A stretch of DNA of 64,000 bases from Tubiluchus corallicola (lineage: Eukaryota > Animalia > Priapulida): NCBI GenBank assembly GCA_030141605.1, contig JAQGDQ010000431.1, forward strand, positions 124,001 to 188,000, written 5' to 3'. A program made the translations under genes and the position numbers. The notes beneath the pieces are model-generated. The model was given only the letters and a program-made list of their open reading frames with translations. It ran no database searches and had not been told where the DNA came from. Positions 24,501 to 39,518 of the stretch are shown one piece after another (position 1 is the stretch's first letter; every line of letters starts with the position of its first letter).

Positions 24501-27500
24501 TGGTCAATTCTAATACTTTTTGATATTTTTTGCTACTTTTTTGCCATGTAAATTTCCATATGAGTTGTATATTTTTATGGTATAGGCACTTATATTATAA
24601 GTTTAGAGCGTTATGTGGCTTTTGATATTTTCCAGTTATTGGTGAATTCTGCTTTATCGTTTTTATATACGGGTCTTCTGTGAGTTTGCAGTTTGTTTTT
24701 TAGTTCTGTTTTAAATGTTGTTAATCTGTCTTTGGATTTTATACTTAAGGGCGCTGAATTCCATAAGTTGATGCTGTTTTGCTTACTGAATTGTATCCAT
24801 ATATGTAGGGGCGTATCAAGATTTTACGGCACCCTAGGCTGATAGTTCTGTCCCGCCCATCTCTATTGTGAATTTATTTTTATTTATGTAATGAGGAGGC
24901 TAAACAATTACTTGTGGTTCACTAATAACCTAGTTTCTATATGGTCATTATTAATTACACATATTTTGCATTATTATTATTATATTCAAGCATGCTGCGC
25001 AACTGCTTGTTGTGTAATACCTTGTACCTGTTCATTATGTGGCACTTATAAAGTCTGAGTTCAGCAACTGCCTGTGGTATGATAAAATGTGCCCTTTTCG
25101 TGAATATGAAAGTATTCACATTTTCCGAGGAGAATAGGAATTTCTAAAATGTGACGCGCCTCAAACTTTGGCACCTTAGGCTACAGCCTAGTTAGCCTGT
25201 TGGTTAATACGCCTCTGCATATATGTTTTTTGTTGGTAACTGTTTTAGGTTATAGCTGAGTACGTTTTTATATTCATAATTAGTTTTTTCTTAGTTGACA
25301 GTTTATATGTCTGAAATTTATAAAATTGCCAGTGATAATGATGTACAGCTAGCGGGTTTATTTCATATAATGAATAAATTTTGTTGCTTAACATGAATTA
25401 GGCTGATGTTGACAAAGCAGTTAAGGCCGCATCAGATGCATTTCGGTTTGGTTCGGAATGGCGGCGTATGGACGCTTCAACACGAGGGCACCTGATGAAT
25501 AAGCTTGCTGACCTGATTGAGAGAGATGCTGTCTATTTGGCTGTGAGTATACGATTCATGCAGTATGTAATCGTACAAACATGGTTCGGGTTAGAATAGC
25601 ACACTGTTTAGACCGGCCACAAAAAATTGTTTCTGTCTTACCTCATGAGCTCCAAAGATGTCAGTAGGGAGGAGGGAAATTATTTTCAAAAATTTTTTTT
25701 AAAGCTTTGTGAATGTTTACGTCTGAAACACAGAATATTTAAAATCAGTTGAAATCAAAGTTTGTTTATTTCTCACTGGTTAGCAGTAGTGTTTTAATTT
25801 TTTTATCCACATTTTTTCACGCTTTTTTAGTTTTTTGTTTCGCATTACTAAATTATTGTATAATTATTGATTATCGCATAGCCTCTTTTTTGTATGGTTT
25901 GACTGTATGTTCTGATAATTATAGAATTCAATTTAAAATTCTTTATATCACCTACAAAATACTACATGGCACCTGCATACCTTACTGATCTTTTAATACC
26001 CCGTAACATAGGCTGAACACTTTTTTCTTATGTTAATGAACAAATTAATTTACATCACCAATTCCTAATACAGTATTGTATGGTGAAAAAGCTTTTTCTG
26101 TCTGTGATCCACATCTTTGGAATAAGTTACCTGTTGCTGTACGTTCTACAAATTCATTAGACTGTTTTAAACAACATCTTAAAACACTTAAATTGTACTT
26201 TTTGTGGTGAATTATTTTTAAATTTTAATATCTTTTAAATTTTATGTTTCTTATGAATTTTAAATGTATTTTATTGTTCAGCTAGTTGAGATTTTAAATG
26301 TTGTAGTAGCTACGTAAATAAATTTTACATTACATTCTGTGCAGGACAGTCTAATAGAGTTCCTGGTTGTTAAAACTTCATGCATGCTTGGTTGAGAAGA
26401 TTGTGTCACTGTCCTTGATGCCAGGCCTTGTTATCATGCAACCTGTCTGCGGAATTAATACATTAACTAGTGGGGTATTCCATCCCTCAGGGATTCTGTG
26501 ACCTTTATACTGTTGTAATATTTTCCCTGTTGTTTTGGACTTATTTAATATGCTGGATTTATTGCTTTATTCTGTGTTTTGTCATCATACTACAAATGAA
26601 AATTATGACTTTTTACTCTTCTATACAATTTATAACATTCTCGAGCGTGTTGTGTAAGCAGTACAACATTCTAGAGTATGTTGTGTGAGTAATGCAGCAT
26701 TCTAGAGCATGTTGTGTAAGCAGTAAAACATTCTAGAGTGTGTTGTATGAGTAATGCAGCATTCTCGAGCGTGTTGTGTAAGCAGTACAACATTCTAGAG
26801 TGTGTTGTGTGAGTAGTACAACATTCTAGAGTGTGTTGTGTGAGTAATGCAACATTCTAGAGTGTGTTGTATGGGTAATGCAACATTCTAGAGTGTGTTG
26901 TGTAAGCAGTACAACATTCTAGAGTGTGTTGTGTGAGTAGTACAGCATTCTAGAGTGTGTTGTGTGAGTAATGCAACATTCTAGAGTGTGTTGTATGGGT
27001 AATGCAACATTCTAGAGTGTGTTGTGTAAGCAGTACAACATTCTAGAGTGTGTTGTGTAAGCAGTACAACATTCTAGAGTGTGTTGTGTAAGCAGTACAA
27101 CATTCTAGAGTGTGTTGTGTGAGTAATGCAACATTCTAGAGTGTGTTGTATGGGTAATGCAACATTCTTGAGTGTGTTGTGTGAGTAGTACAACAGCCTA
27201 GAGTGTGCTGTGTAAGTAGTACAACATTCTAAAGTGTGTTGTGCAAGTACTGTGACGTTCTTCATTGTGTGTAAGTGCTGCAGCACTCTATTGTGTCATT
27301 TGTGTTCTTTGTAGGTACTACAGCAGCATGTCAGTATCCAAGTAAACTGGTTACTGTATAAGTGACGGAAATTCCGATCTTGATAAGAAATTTCCTCTTG
27401 AACGTTATTCACAGAACCCTACAGGATAATGTGTAGCCTGGAGAAATCTAGGAACCTTCCCATGTCTTACTATACTATTGTGACTCAATGAAGAGAATTT

Positions 27501-27844
27501 CACAGTAGATCCTGTTTTTCTTCATCATTGTAGTATGACTGGTTTTTATGCATAAAATGCTTGTAACTGCGCTCTATGAATTTTATGATCTCTTGAGCAA
27601 TTACTGCAGTTTTTAACGTATTATGTCTTGAAGGGAATTTATATACCGTCTTGCTGTACTTTCCTTAATCTAAATTACCAAAATTGCAATAATGCATAAC
27701 AACTCTCTTTTTTTGGTTTATGATCAGCCTGTGTAGAACGAAAACTGATCTCTCTCTCTCTTTTTCTGTCGTTCTCTCTCTCTTTCTCTCTCACTCACTC
27801 CCTTTCTCCCTTCTCTTTCTCTCCCTCACTCTGTTTCTTTCTCC

Positions 27845-27918
<74 letters not shown>

Positions 27919-30900
27919 ACTCATTTTCCCAATTTTACCCTGTGCTTTAATGATAGTAATTTTTCTTATTGGTTTCATCAAAAATGCAAAAGATTAAATG
28001 CCTTGAAACAGAAATAATCATCGTGATTTATTTAGCACTTTATTTATTTTTACTCATGTTCACTTGGAATTTTTGAAATTACCCATTTTTACTGACCTTT
28101 CCAATTTTATGCTTTTAGACTTAAGCGTTGATATAACTCCAACAGACATTGATGTTTTTTTAACACTTTATTATGATTACATAAAGAATTCGTAGTTATT
28201 ATACAAAAGAAACTTGTAAATTAAATAACTTACCCTTTTCTCGTAAATTTTGAGCACGTGCATTGCCGTAAAGATCGCCATGTTTCACGTCTTTGGTGTG
28301 AGTGAGTGAGAATGATGTATGAGGTACAGAAAGTGTCTGTGGTTACCGATGTTTGTTTACTGATCTTTGGTGACCTCGTGACTGCACTCATAACGAAAAA
28401 TGGCTGTTCTTCAAATTTAATACCGCTAACAACGAAGTGATAAAAAATCAGAAGAAACACGTTTTGCAGCAAGTTTATAATAATGTAAATGGAATATTAA
28501 TAGCAAGAGTAGGATTTTAAGTTGTAAAGGTTTACATTTTAGTCAGTGTTTAATTTTCCTTTAATGGTTTATTTTTGTTTTCAAACCTAAATAGGCACCT
28601 GTTTTTTTTAATGTTTCAGAGTTTGGAAACATTGGATAATGGAAAGCCTTATCATGTGGCATTTTTGGGAGATGTTGCTCTCACAATCAAATGCTTAAGG
28701 TATAAGTTATTCTGTTGATACTATGAAGTACATCAAAAACTATGCTGTACATAGGTTTTTTGATATTGATAAAAATTAAGTTGCATATTAAATACTGTAA
28801 TATATCTGTATGTTAAAGGAAAGGTCAACCTTTCTGGGAAGTTAGGCTTATTTCATTGTTCTTACAAAAAAGAGTTAGCAATAAAAAGTGCGATAAGCAC
28901 CTCGTAATTAGTAATTGGTAAAATCATTAAAGTCATAATCATTTCACACTTTTGAACTCCCATTTTTCCACCAATGATGTCATTCATTAACTGACGAAAA
29001 GCAGCGCTTTTAATTTCCGTCAAAAGTATGATAAGTTTTTACAAAAATTAGATTATTTTTGCGATATTTTTTATGTATACTTTAGATAAGCTGCGAAAGT
29101 TTGAATTATTATAAGCAGCTCACGCTTCCGAAAACTCACAAAGTCCACCGGTCACTTCATAATTTTCAAGTGAATGGATGACCAGTGCACTTGAACATTT
29201 TTTTATTGCGGTGATATAAATTAACTTCATGCTTCATAGACAGTTTTTTGCAAATTTCTTTGTTATATTTTATATGTATTAACAGTAAAAAAGGCCCATC
29301 ATGCTAAGAGACTTGTCCTTTCCTTTAATGCGTCCACAGACCAGGTAAAAAATCTATTTCACAGGTATTTCACAGTATTTATAAAGCTGTTCATCACATT
29401 TATACTTTGTAGAAATAATTTAGTAACCATTTTTATAACATTGAGAAAATCCTAACTATAAAGTGCATGTTATTTTTAGACACGTGCTGATTGTACCGTG
29501 TTTTTTCTGTGTTGATCCAGTAGATGTATTCAGTTAATCTCTTACTGACGAAGATCTGGTGTAGAAAGCTTTTATAGCAAACAGCATGAAAGGGAGTATT
29601 GACTTTGTAGAACTTGAAGAATATTAGACTGCTATAAGCTGGTTCACATATTTCAATAGACATGCTCAAGAAGACAGCAAGAGAAAAAAAATAGCCAAGT
29701 CACATTTACCCAACTGAGCTTATCTGATTGGCTAATAAAACACACTAGCAATCAACACTACCATATATGGGAAGCTCGGCAGGTACAGGTGGCTGAGCAG
29801 CACAGAACAAGGCCACAACCTGGATTAAACTTGACTTAAATAATATTAATGTTAACTGTAGATGGCAGCACATGTTATTATTATGATACTTTAAAAATCG
29901 CAAATGAAATGTAGAACATCTGGGCTTGGCAACAGGAAAAACCTGAAGCGAAATTATTGCTTCCAAGAGCCACTGTCGGAGTTTGAAATAACAAGTTTTT
30001 CATAATTGTAGTACTAGTTTCTAGTCAGAAAAGTGAGTACCGGGTCGTAAAATTAGATTTTTAGTATTTTTTTGAACATTTTCTTGATAATTTGATGCTA
30101 GAATATAAAAGCCCAATATATTTAGCATTTGTTTTTATAAAAAACAAGAAATTGACAGTTAACCAAATTTTTGGTGCATTCTACTTTGAAGCATCATAAC
30201 GCAGTTTTAACTCTACTGACTCATGCGCAGTTTTGGTTTGCAAGCACAAGTATCCAATTTTGTTACTAGCTTATAAATATTTATATTGATTCACAGATAT
30301 TATGCTGGCTGGGCTGACAAGAATCATGGGCAAGTTATTCCTATGGGTGAGTTCTTTTTTCGCTTCATCTGATAAATATGATTTTGCATTAGCAAATCTA
30401 TAGACATGTAAATGTTTTCATTAAAAAATACACCTGAATCAAATCCTGTTATCATTACTTGTTCTTGCCTGGTTTTTAATATCTAGTTAATTTTTTCTTG
30501 TTCCCAAGCAAGATCCTGCTAGTAAATCACTCTACGCATAGACTAATGCATAATTAAGTAAAGTCAATGTAAAACAACTGAAGTTACTGAACTGATGGTT
30601 TGCTTTACCCACATGTCATGTGACAATTTTAGTTAAGACACGATGCCGTGGTACACTTAACCATTGACCTGCAGCAACTGCACGTGCGCACAATGAAATT
30701 ATGAAAGGGCTTATTAGATTCGATTTAAATTCGCTTTCTTGCTCATCCCTAGTGCCAACAAATATAAAGCCCCCCAGTTTATAACACTGTAGTTTGCAAT
30801 CCTGTGAATTCTGCAAGACTAGAAAAATGAGGAAAAAACCGCAAAGATTCAGTTTATTTGCACTAAAACGCTGCCTTTTAGCAGGTGTCTAATGCATATA

Positions 30901-33900
30901 TTTTGCTCTCAGTATCTCAATTAACTGAATTACTGTTCAGTTGCCGATTACATTGATTTATATACGGTTGTGATTGGGATTAATTTGGTTAATCGATTAA
31001 TCGCCCATCACTAGTTGGTTAGTTGGTCGTTTCGTATGGGTAACCAGGTCCAAGGAGAGGGTGGTGCAGACAGGACATTGCTCCGACGCCCATGAAGTCC
31101 CGTGGCAAAATTATTTTTTGTAAATCGGCATGACCAGTATTCGTGTCGATTCGAATCAGATGCCCTGCTCTGGCTACGCAACGATAAAGTTAGAAACCCT
31201 AAATTTTCCATAGTTGGACAATATTTGTATCGGATTCTCACCTACATTTGACATTACTTCATATGTTAAACAATGGAGACCTAGTACTGTGAAACACATG
31301 AAACTTTAACATATGCAGCTTTAACCTGGTCTATGTATTTTAGGTCTAACAATTTGAGCAAGTCCTGTCACAGGAAAATTTTCAATTTCCTAAACTTAAT
31401 GTCAGTTCTGTGCATTGTCCAGTCAAAGCTAGCCTGTACGTTTTTCTATAAGTTGGTCAGTTTGAGGTAGCAGAATATGAACTGGGACATATTATGGTTC
31501 ACTGTGAATAAACATATTTCAGTTATTAACAAAATAAAGATTGCTGAACATTACTGTGTATTATAGTCTTCATGCCTTTGTACACATGACGGAAACATGA
31601 AAATAATTTGTTTCATAGCATATAGTGTACTCAGAAATCTTTATTTCTGTATATAAGAAAATGAAAATGATAAATTCGGCTGCTTTCGCTGCTTGCAAAT
31701 ATGTAATTGTCTAATAATTAGATTAGAATTATTATGACAAAACAAAATAAATATTACTCACATTGTGCGGCTATAACAACTTAATAACATTCTTGAAACG
31801 TCATACTCGTTTACAGCAAATCAGGTAGGTGACAGTATAAATAATTACTTGAAAATTATCTAAACGTTTACTGAGGCTTCTGTAAGCGTGTTTAGTGACG
31901 ATTTTACAACTTTATAAGTAAATTCACATACGTGCTGCCACCTACATGTTAAGGCCAGAAACAGATCTTGGCAGAGGGATCCAAAATTTGTCTTACTCTA
32001 TCACGTAAATATTCTCTTTGTAGCTCTGGAGGACAACTGTTTCTACACTTTCTTTTATCTCTAGATGGTGATCACATGTGTTTCACGAGACACGAACCAG
32101 TCGGAGTTTGCGGACAGATTATCCCGTGGAATTTTCCTCTTCTCATGCAAGCGTGGAAGCTGGGACCTGCGCTCGCTGCTGGCAACACTGTGGTCATGAA
32201 GCCAGCCGAACAGACCCCGTTGACCGCTCTCTATGTTGCTCAACTTTCTGCAGAGGTTTGTTGACAGTTCTGTTATAGGGTTATTGATTTCCTATGTCAA
32301 CAAGCAAATTTCCCTGTTCCTTTAGATTTAGATTTATAATATACAATGCCAGTGTGTAGAACTTCCTTGTTGGAACTGTTTTACGTTTAAATACAAAATA
32401 ACAATTAATTACTTTATTTAAAATTCTTTGTTTTGCTTTTAAACATAAAATTAAAATGTAATCAATCAGTGTGTTACAAATTGTTTGGTATGTGTCACAG
32501 CGCCTTTTTTATGTGCTTGCTCCCTCCTAAGTTTAGAATCTCACTACGCTCCTACTTCTGACATATTTTGTGAACGACGAAATAAGCCTGACTTCCGAGA
32601 AAGCTTGACTTTTCCTTTAATTACCGATTACAGTGCAATTTTAATGATTCAAAACATTTGAATAATCATTGTTCTTTATTATGTTAGTTTGTAACTTTGC
32701 CCGCCTTTTATGTAACTTTTGCTGGAAAGTGCAATTGTCACATTGTTTATTCTTACTGCCAGCTATATAATCCGTCTCTGCATTAGAACTATCACAAATA
32801 TCAATGTTGCTTATTTCAGGCAGGTTTTCCGCCTGGCGTTTTAAATATTCTTCCAGGACACGGTGCGGCAGGTGCGGCCATTGCTAATCATCCAGATGTA
32901 GACAAGGTAGCGTTTACTGGATCTACGGAGGTAGGTTGCCAACGCTGAGTGAAGTAAATATGTGGTTTATATAGTCAGTATGTTAACTTTGAGTGGGGAA
33001 ATAGTTGTACATTGTGCACTGCTCGCATTATGTGTGTAATTGTCCGTGCAATGACTTTTGTAGTTGTCATGTACGTGTTACAGGCAATGTGTAAAATTTA
33101 GAGATTTTATAAAATTGCTAGGTGTGTCGTTTAGCATGCATGCATTTTGGAAAAGTGTGAAATAATTCTTTTAAATGTTTTTGCTGCGATTTCTTCACAC
33201 TTTAGCTGGGTGTTTTGTATAATACATGCGACTACAAGTAGTGTGGTTGCACACTTGCCCTGTTTTTTTAACTCGCCCCTAGATGGCAGACACAAAATTG
33301 TTCAGTCACTATAGCAATGTCAACTTTAGCAATGCCCATTGCAGCAGTGTGATGTTAGAAGCAACAGCAGGACAATGAACATAGCAGCTGCATGTCCCAA
33401 ACACCATGGCAACCTATTGTTGAAGCTAAGCTGTAGCTGTGCGTGAAATTTTATACAATTTTTTTACAAATATCATTAATACAGAAAAAGTTTGTCCTGC
33501 ATTTGCATAAATAACATATTCCGGTTGTATATTTCATTAGTTATTTGAAGATGCCGGTTGTTTTTGTTTAAGTAGGCAAATAATTTAACTTCTTGAGAAA
33601 AATCCATCAGTACCCCATGATAAACGCTTCATTTACTGAAAAAAACAACATAAAACATTTGTAAATATACTGAAAATACACAAAACCCAATTATGATCTT
33701 GATTCATAAATGTGATCATTTTAAAGCTTAAGAACCCCTCTTAATAGATCCGTGGTTGTTTTTACCTGCAAATACTCATTGTGACGAAATTAGCGAATAT
33801 TGGGTAAAAACTGAAATTTCTCAATGGTCAGCAAGTTAATCAGACACAACAATGCATCTTGTAATTGTATTATTTGCAAAACTAACACATCTGAAATGAG

Positions 33901-36900
33901 AGGTACAGCACCTGTTTTTTTGCAACGCCTTTCCCAAATGCCCATCTAAGTAGCGAAATGCATGTAACAGCGAAGAACTAGTGGTGTGTGTGTTTGTGTG
34001 GTAATAATTCTTTCACGTAAGTAATTCTTGAAAAAATAGTATGTTTCAATATTTTAAAGAGTAGATTGTTTTGACCTACAGTTTAAGATTGGGTCCGGTT
34101 TTGCTTTAAACATTGTAAAATGTTGCTTATTTCGTTGCGTTGTTGAAAACATTTTGACTAATCTGCTTTTGTTCGCAATTTATTTTAAAAAAATTTTCTC
34201 GCAAGTTTTACGATTCATTATTTTCATGTGTTATTCACAATTTTCAGGCACATCTTATTCTGCGACTTGTTACATTTGTGAATTCTCTAATTTTGTTTTT
34301 AACTTTCACAGACTGGCCATTCAATCTTAGCTGCTGCAGCTGCTACCAATCTAAAACGTGTCACACTGGAACTTGGTGGAAAAAGCCCCAATGTTGTATT
34401 TGCTGATGCTGACAGTAAGTGGCGGTTGACAAAATGACATTTAAAGGAAAACCGAACGATTGTGTAGACATTAGTTCAAAATAAAGTATGCCCTAAAATA
34501 TTGGAAACTACAATGGCTTTTTTTAAATCATAACTTAGGTTAAATAATAACCACCTCGGATAGTTAAATTTGGTAAACTTTCAAAGCTACGCTCGGCTCA
34601 GCGAATCCACTAAGACTGGCAATGGCATCTTTTTGCCTGACCAAAAAATAGTTGCGATACCGCAATAAGCACGATCATGAACTGCGGTGTTTGTCTGTGC
34701 GGTCAGAGTGACGTGGAGCTCATTTTCGCTACATAACATCAGCGTCTTATAGCAATCTTCGCTTAAGCACACATGGTCGATGCACAGGAAAGATGCCTAC
34801 CATTGCTTAAACTGTGGTTAGTTTGTGATGTAAGCCATAGCTGTATTCAGTTGCCGTTAATTAACTTTACAAGATTAAAATTCACTTTTCAAATATTAGA
34901 AACAATTGCTAGCTTTTATAGGTAAGTAAATGTAAATTTTGGTCAGTAAGTTAAAATGAGATTGAGTCTAATCAATCGTCCAGTTTTCCTTTAACTGTTT
35001 TTTGCTTTGTTATCCTGTCTGTGAGTGCAGCATTGCTACACCTTTTTGATTAAAATTGTACAAGGATACTCTCTGTAAGCATTTCCCGGGATGTGTTTGT
35101 GTCAGGCAAAATAAATAGACCAGTGTCAAGTTATGTGCACAAGTTAAGCAATGCTCCACCTTATTAGTAATTGGATGGGTGACCACTGGAAAAACTGCTT
35201 CTGGGCAGTTATGTTTCTCTTACATCCACTTAGTATCTACTTTACCGAGGGAGGAGGGATGGTTGAATGATTGGATGTGGATAAGATATTTGTTAGTTCA
35301 TTGTCTTGTTTCAGGTTATAAATGCTGTTGTTACCACAACTATGTCCATTAGGCAAACTCTGTCATTTAGTGCTGGATTGCTGCATACAACGACATTAGC
35401 AAACCAGAATCATCCACAAGTCGGCTAGTTAAAACAACGTTAATTTAATTTAAACATAATTTTATTACGCGGTTCTACAACCTATGCGCGGCACTCCCCG
35501 CTTAGTAAATTTAACAACTGTTAGTGGTAATACATAAATCTATATTTACAAAGTTATTATAATTACTTGGTGTGCGTAAATGCAAAAAAAACAAATGATA
35601 AATAGTTAAATATTCAGCCTGCGCACTAAGCTGGTTTATCGGTAAACAGTAAACATGCATCTTTGCAATAGGATAGGATAGAGTACAAATCAGTGAATCA
35701 ATTCCAGTAACCATCATTTTAAACACCTCGATTCGGTTATAAACAATTGTACACAATCAAATATTTTACAATTACCTACGTAACTTTAATTTTCATCTCA
35801 GCGGAGTAACAAATTTATAGCATTTCTCGCTGCCAAATTTCTAATGTAATTGTTGTCATATAAAGCATCAAGGTTGTTAAACATTTTGTTTCTTGGTATT
35901 GTGCAAGTTTGAGCAATTTAGAAAAAAGTGTTCATGTTTCAAGAGAGGCGCTACAAGGACAGTAAGGTGATACTAGAGAACCATCATTATTTTTACAATT
36001 TTTAAGTGACAGTTCATAATTTAGCTGACTAAATCCTATGCGCGTGCGAAATAGTTTTACCGTAAGAATTTACCGTTTGGATTTATGAAAACTACGTTAT
36101 GATGCTTCAAAGCAAAATGCAGCAAAAATTGGGTGAAATGTTAATTTTTATTCTCTATAAATAAATTGCTCAAAAATACTAAAAATTTAGTTTTACATAT
36201 AACCCCATACCCACTTCTCTGCTTTAAAACTAATACTGCAAATTCAAAATCTTGTATTTTCAATCTCCGATAGTAACTCCTGGAAGCAGTGATTTTGCTT
36301 TGGGTTTTTTCTACTTTCAAGCCCAGATTTTCATCAGAAAGAGTCACCTACTGCATTTAAACACAACTTCAACGTGTTCTTGCAAAGTCCATAGCAACCA
36401 ACATTTGTGCAGTTGCTAACCATTTTGTGGAAATGCAAGAAAAAACAATGGCTAACTTTGACAGTGATTTTCTCAAGATTATATTTTCCAGTGTGCAGCA
36501 ATCACCTCAAGTTTAACGTGGATTGTTTGAGTTTAGACATAGCATAGAGCGATGAGCTTGGTATCAAAACAGTGCTCACGAAATGGAGATTTAGGATATA
36601 TGAAATATCTAGAAATGCTTGATTGCCAACTTTGGACGATGGACGATTTTGCTAGGTGGAAGCACTCCTGTAATTCCACGATTGCCATCCGTTCTGAAAT
36701 TTCTTTGTTTCTTTTCAGTGGAAGAGGCTGTCGAGAGCAGTCACTTTGGCGTGTTCTTCAACATGGGTCAAACGTGCTGCGCCGGCACACGCATCTACGT
36801 GGAGGGTAAGGCGTACGACGAGTTTGTGGAGAGAAGCGTGGAGCGTGCAAAGCGTAGAACCGTCGGCAATCCATTCGATGCCAGCAATGAACAAGGTGCA

Positions 36901-39472
36901 CAGGTATAATGTTCAGCAAAATGTTTGAGGCTTCGTATAATCTTATGTCTTACCTGTTTCTTTCAGATAATTTGTTCTTTTTTGCTGTCACGTTTATTAC
37001 GGATTCCTGTTTTTTTCAACAAGAGGGATGTATATATATATATATATATATATCCAACTAGAGCTAAACATCTTTACTAACTAAAAAGTGTAAATGATGA
37101 ACTAAAAATGGTTCAGCCAATGCAAAAATTTACATATAATATAGCGTCTTTCGATAAACACAATACTTTTTAATATTCTACATTTATTACAGCCACCGCA
37201 CTACAACCCCGGCACAGATTATGCATAAAAGACATCTAGAGCCGACATAAGCATCACACAACCTTCTGTCTTTCTGTGTACAACTTCCACTAACTCACCC
37301 TTCTCTGTGTGATCTAACCTTTCTTCCTATCCTTTTTTTGGTTCAGATATCAGTGGGCTTATATGTCGCACATTTCAATTGCGATTCTTAATTTAAAGTA
37401 CAGCAATAATAATTTGATATGTGCTGCCACCTACCTTTAAAATCATTTATTATTGAACTGAATCAAGTTTGATCCAGCTTGTGGCCTTGGTCAGTGCTGC
37501 TCAGTCACCTGTACCTGTCGGGCTGCCCATACATGATAGTGAAGATTACTAGTGTGTTTTACTAGCCAATCAGGTAAGCCCAGTATACACATGTGACTTG
37601 GGTAGCTCTGCCAAAGCCTGCTGGGCTTTTTTCTTCTTGAGCATTGCTGGTCATTGGTCACCACTGTTCATTGTGTCTTCTTTCCTGTAAAAAATAGTGC
37701 AATATGTAAATAGAAATAAAGTCTCTCACAGCTCAACACAATTTCATATTCTTTATTTTAACCTCTAGAGTGAACACGTCTACACTAACTTCAGTCTCTC
37801 ACAGCTCAACACAATTTCATATTCTTTGTTTCAACAACCAGAGTAAACCAGTCTACACTAACTTCAGTCTCTCACAGCTCAACACAATTTCATATTCTTT
37901 GTTTCAAGCACCAGAGTGAACAAGTCTACAACAGTCTACACTAACTTCAGTCTAATATACTTCAAGCTCTCTACAAATTCAATCCTTCTAACCTTTCAGC
38001 TAAAAGTTTCTACAAATGGTCCCGTCTATGCAGTCTGTTATAATGTTTTCTACAATATAAGCCTTTGCCTCTCTCTCCCACTGTAGTACAATTATACTTT
38101 TATGGTAACGATAGTATGAGACGTGATGTACAGTATGATGTAACAATATTGACAGTTTGTTGCCTTGTATATTGAATGTTACTGGTATGCACTCATATCT
38201 CGGTTTGTCGGACTTTGCTTTTACGGATATCGGAAGAATCGAAGAAAATCTGGACCGTTAAAAGTCCACCTTGTCTACAGACACAGTCCGTTGTTTCATG
38301 AGCTGACCGCTAGCTGGCGGGCTGTCATCTTGTTTACATCATTACATCAGTGCAACCAAGAAGCGTGTAGCGACACGTGTGTAGCTTGTATTTCAGCGTG
38401 TTTAGAGGTTTATTCAGTGTGTGTAAGTGGTTTAGAGTCAATTATGTGGAGTTATTTGATTCAAGTGCTGAAAGTTTTTGCATAGGAGCGGCCCGTACTA
38501 GATGTTTTTGTGACAATTAGGCGATTAATTCTGCATTACCATGAGTGTAATATTTCAGGAGCGGTCCGTACTAGGCGTTTTTGAGACAATTAGGCGATTG
38601 ATTTTACATTGCCGTGAGTCTAATACATGGCGCCTACTGTATTAGTTTAGTATGGGTAAATACGGACAATCGGCAAATTCGGACTGACGTCTCCCCACTT
38701 TTGTCCGGCAAACCGAGATATGAGTGTGATGTGTTTTCTGATGAATCAGTGGTGCACACTGGGATGGCGATACAGTGCCATTTTACCAGATGGCGCATAT
38801 ATTTTAAATTATTAACAATTTTCTTTTCTAGTTATATGACTGTTTCGAACAGGTAAGTGCAATGCTAAGTAATATAACTTTACGTGGAAAGTTCTTTGGG
38901 ATGATATTGTATAATTCTTTTCTTCCATTTTAACGTTCTAAAAATAAGGTATGTTTAAAGGTTCGGATTCATTTTGTTTTATTGTTAGATTGATGAAGAA
39001 CAGATGAACAAAATTTTAAACTACATCAGTATCGGGAAGAAGGAAGGAGCAAAGCTTGCATGCGGCGGCAGTCGCCATGGTGACAGAGGCTGCTTCATTC
39101 AGCCAACAGTCTTTGCTGATGTCAATGACCAGATGGCAATAGCTCGTGATGAGGTAACTGTGTGAAATGTACAATTTGTGTCTCACGTTCATGCAAACGT
39201 ATTCAGTCACAAACATTTTGTATCTCACAGTTACACAAAGATTTTGGTTTGCATTTTCATGGTAATTTTATTAAAACTTGCATCTCAGCCTGTGATGTTA
39301 GACTCTTTATGTTAGCTTACATTTTACATGTTAGCTTTTAAATTTTTAGATTTTGCATACATCAATTGTTTACATTTGCTTATTTACTTTTTTCGATATA
39401 ATTATATATATCGAAATATACATACATATGCACATATATACGTATGTATACATATACATTTTATATATGCAC

Positions 39473-39518
<46 letters not shown>

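Noticed and set aside
26634-27290. CRISPR-like regular array
   Set aside because: Units are head-to-tail with no unique spacers, the context is eukaryotic, and there are no cas genes; the same applies to 50345-50950 and 58759-59320.
35141-35190. 5S rRNA gene
   Set aside because: Only the internal control region is similar; the 5' and 3' parts of 5S are missing.
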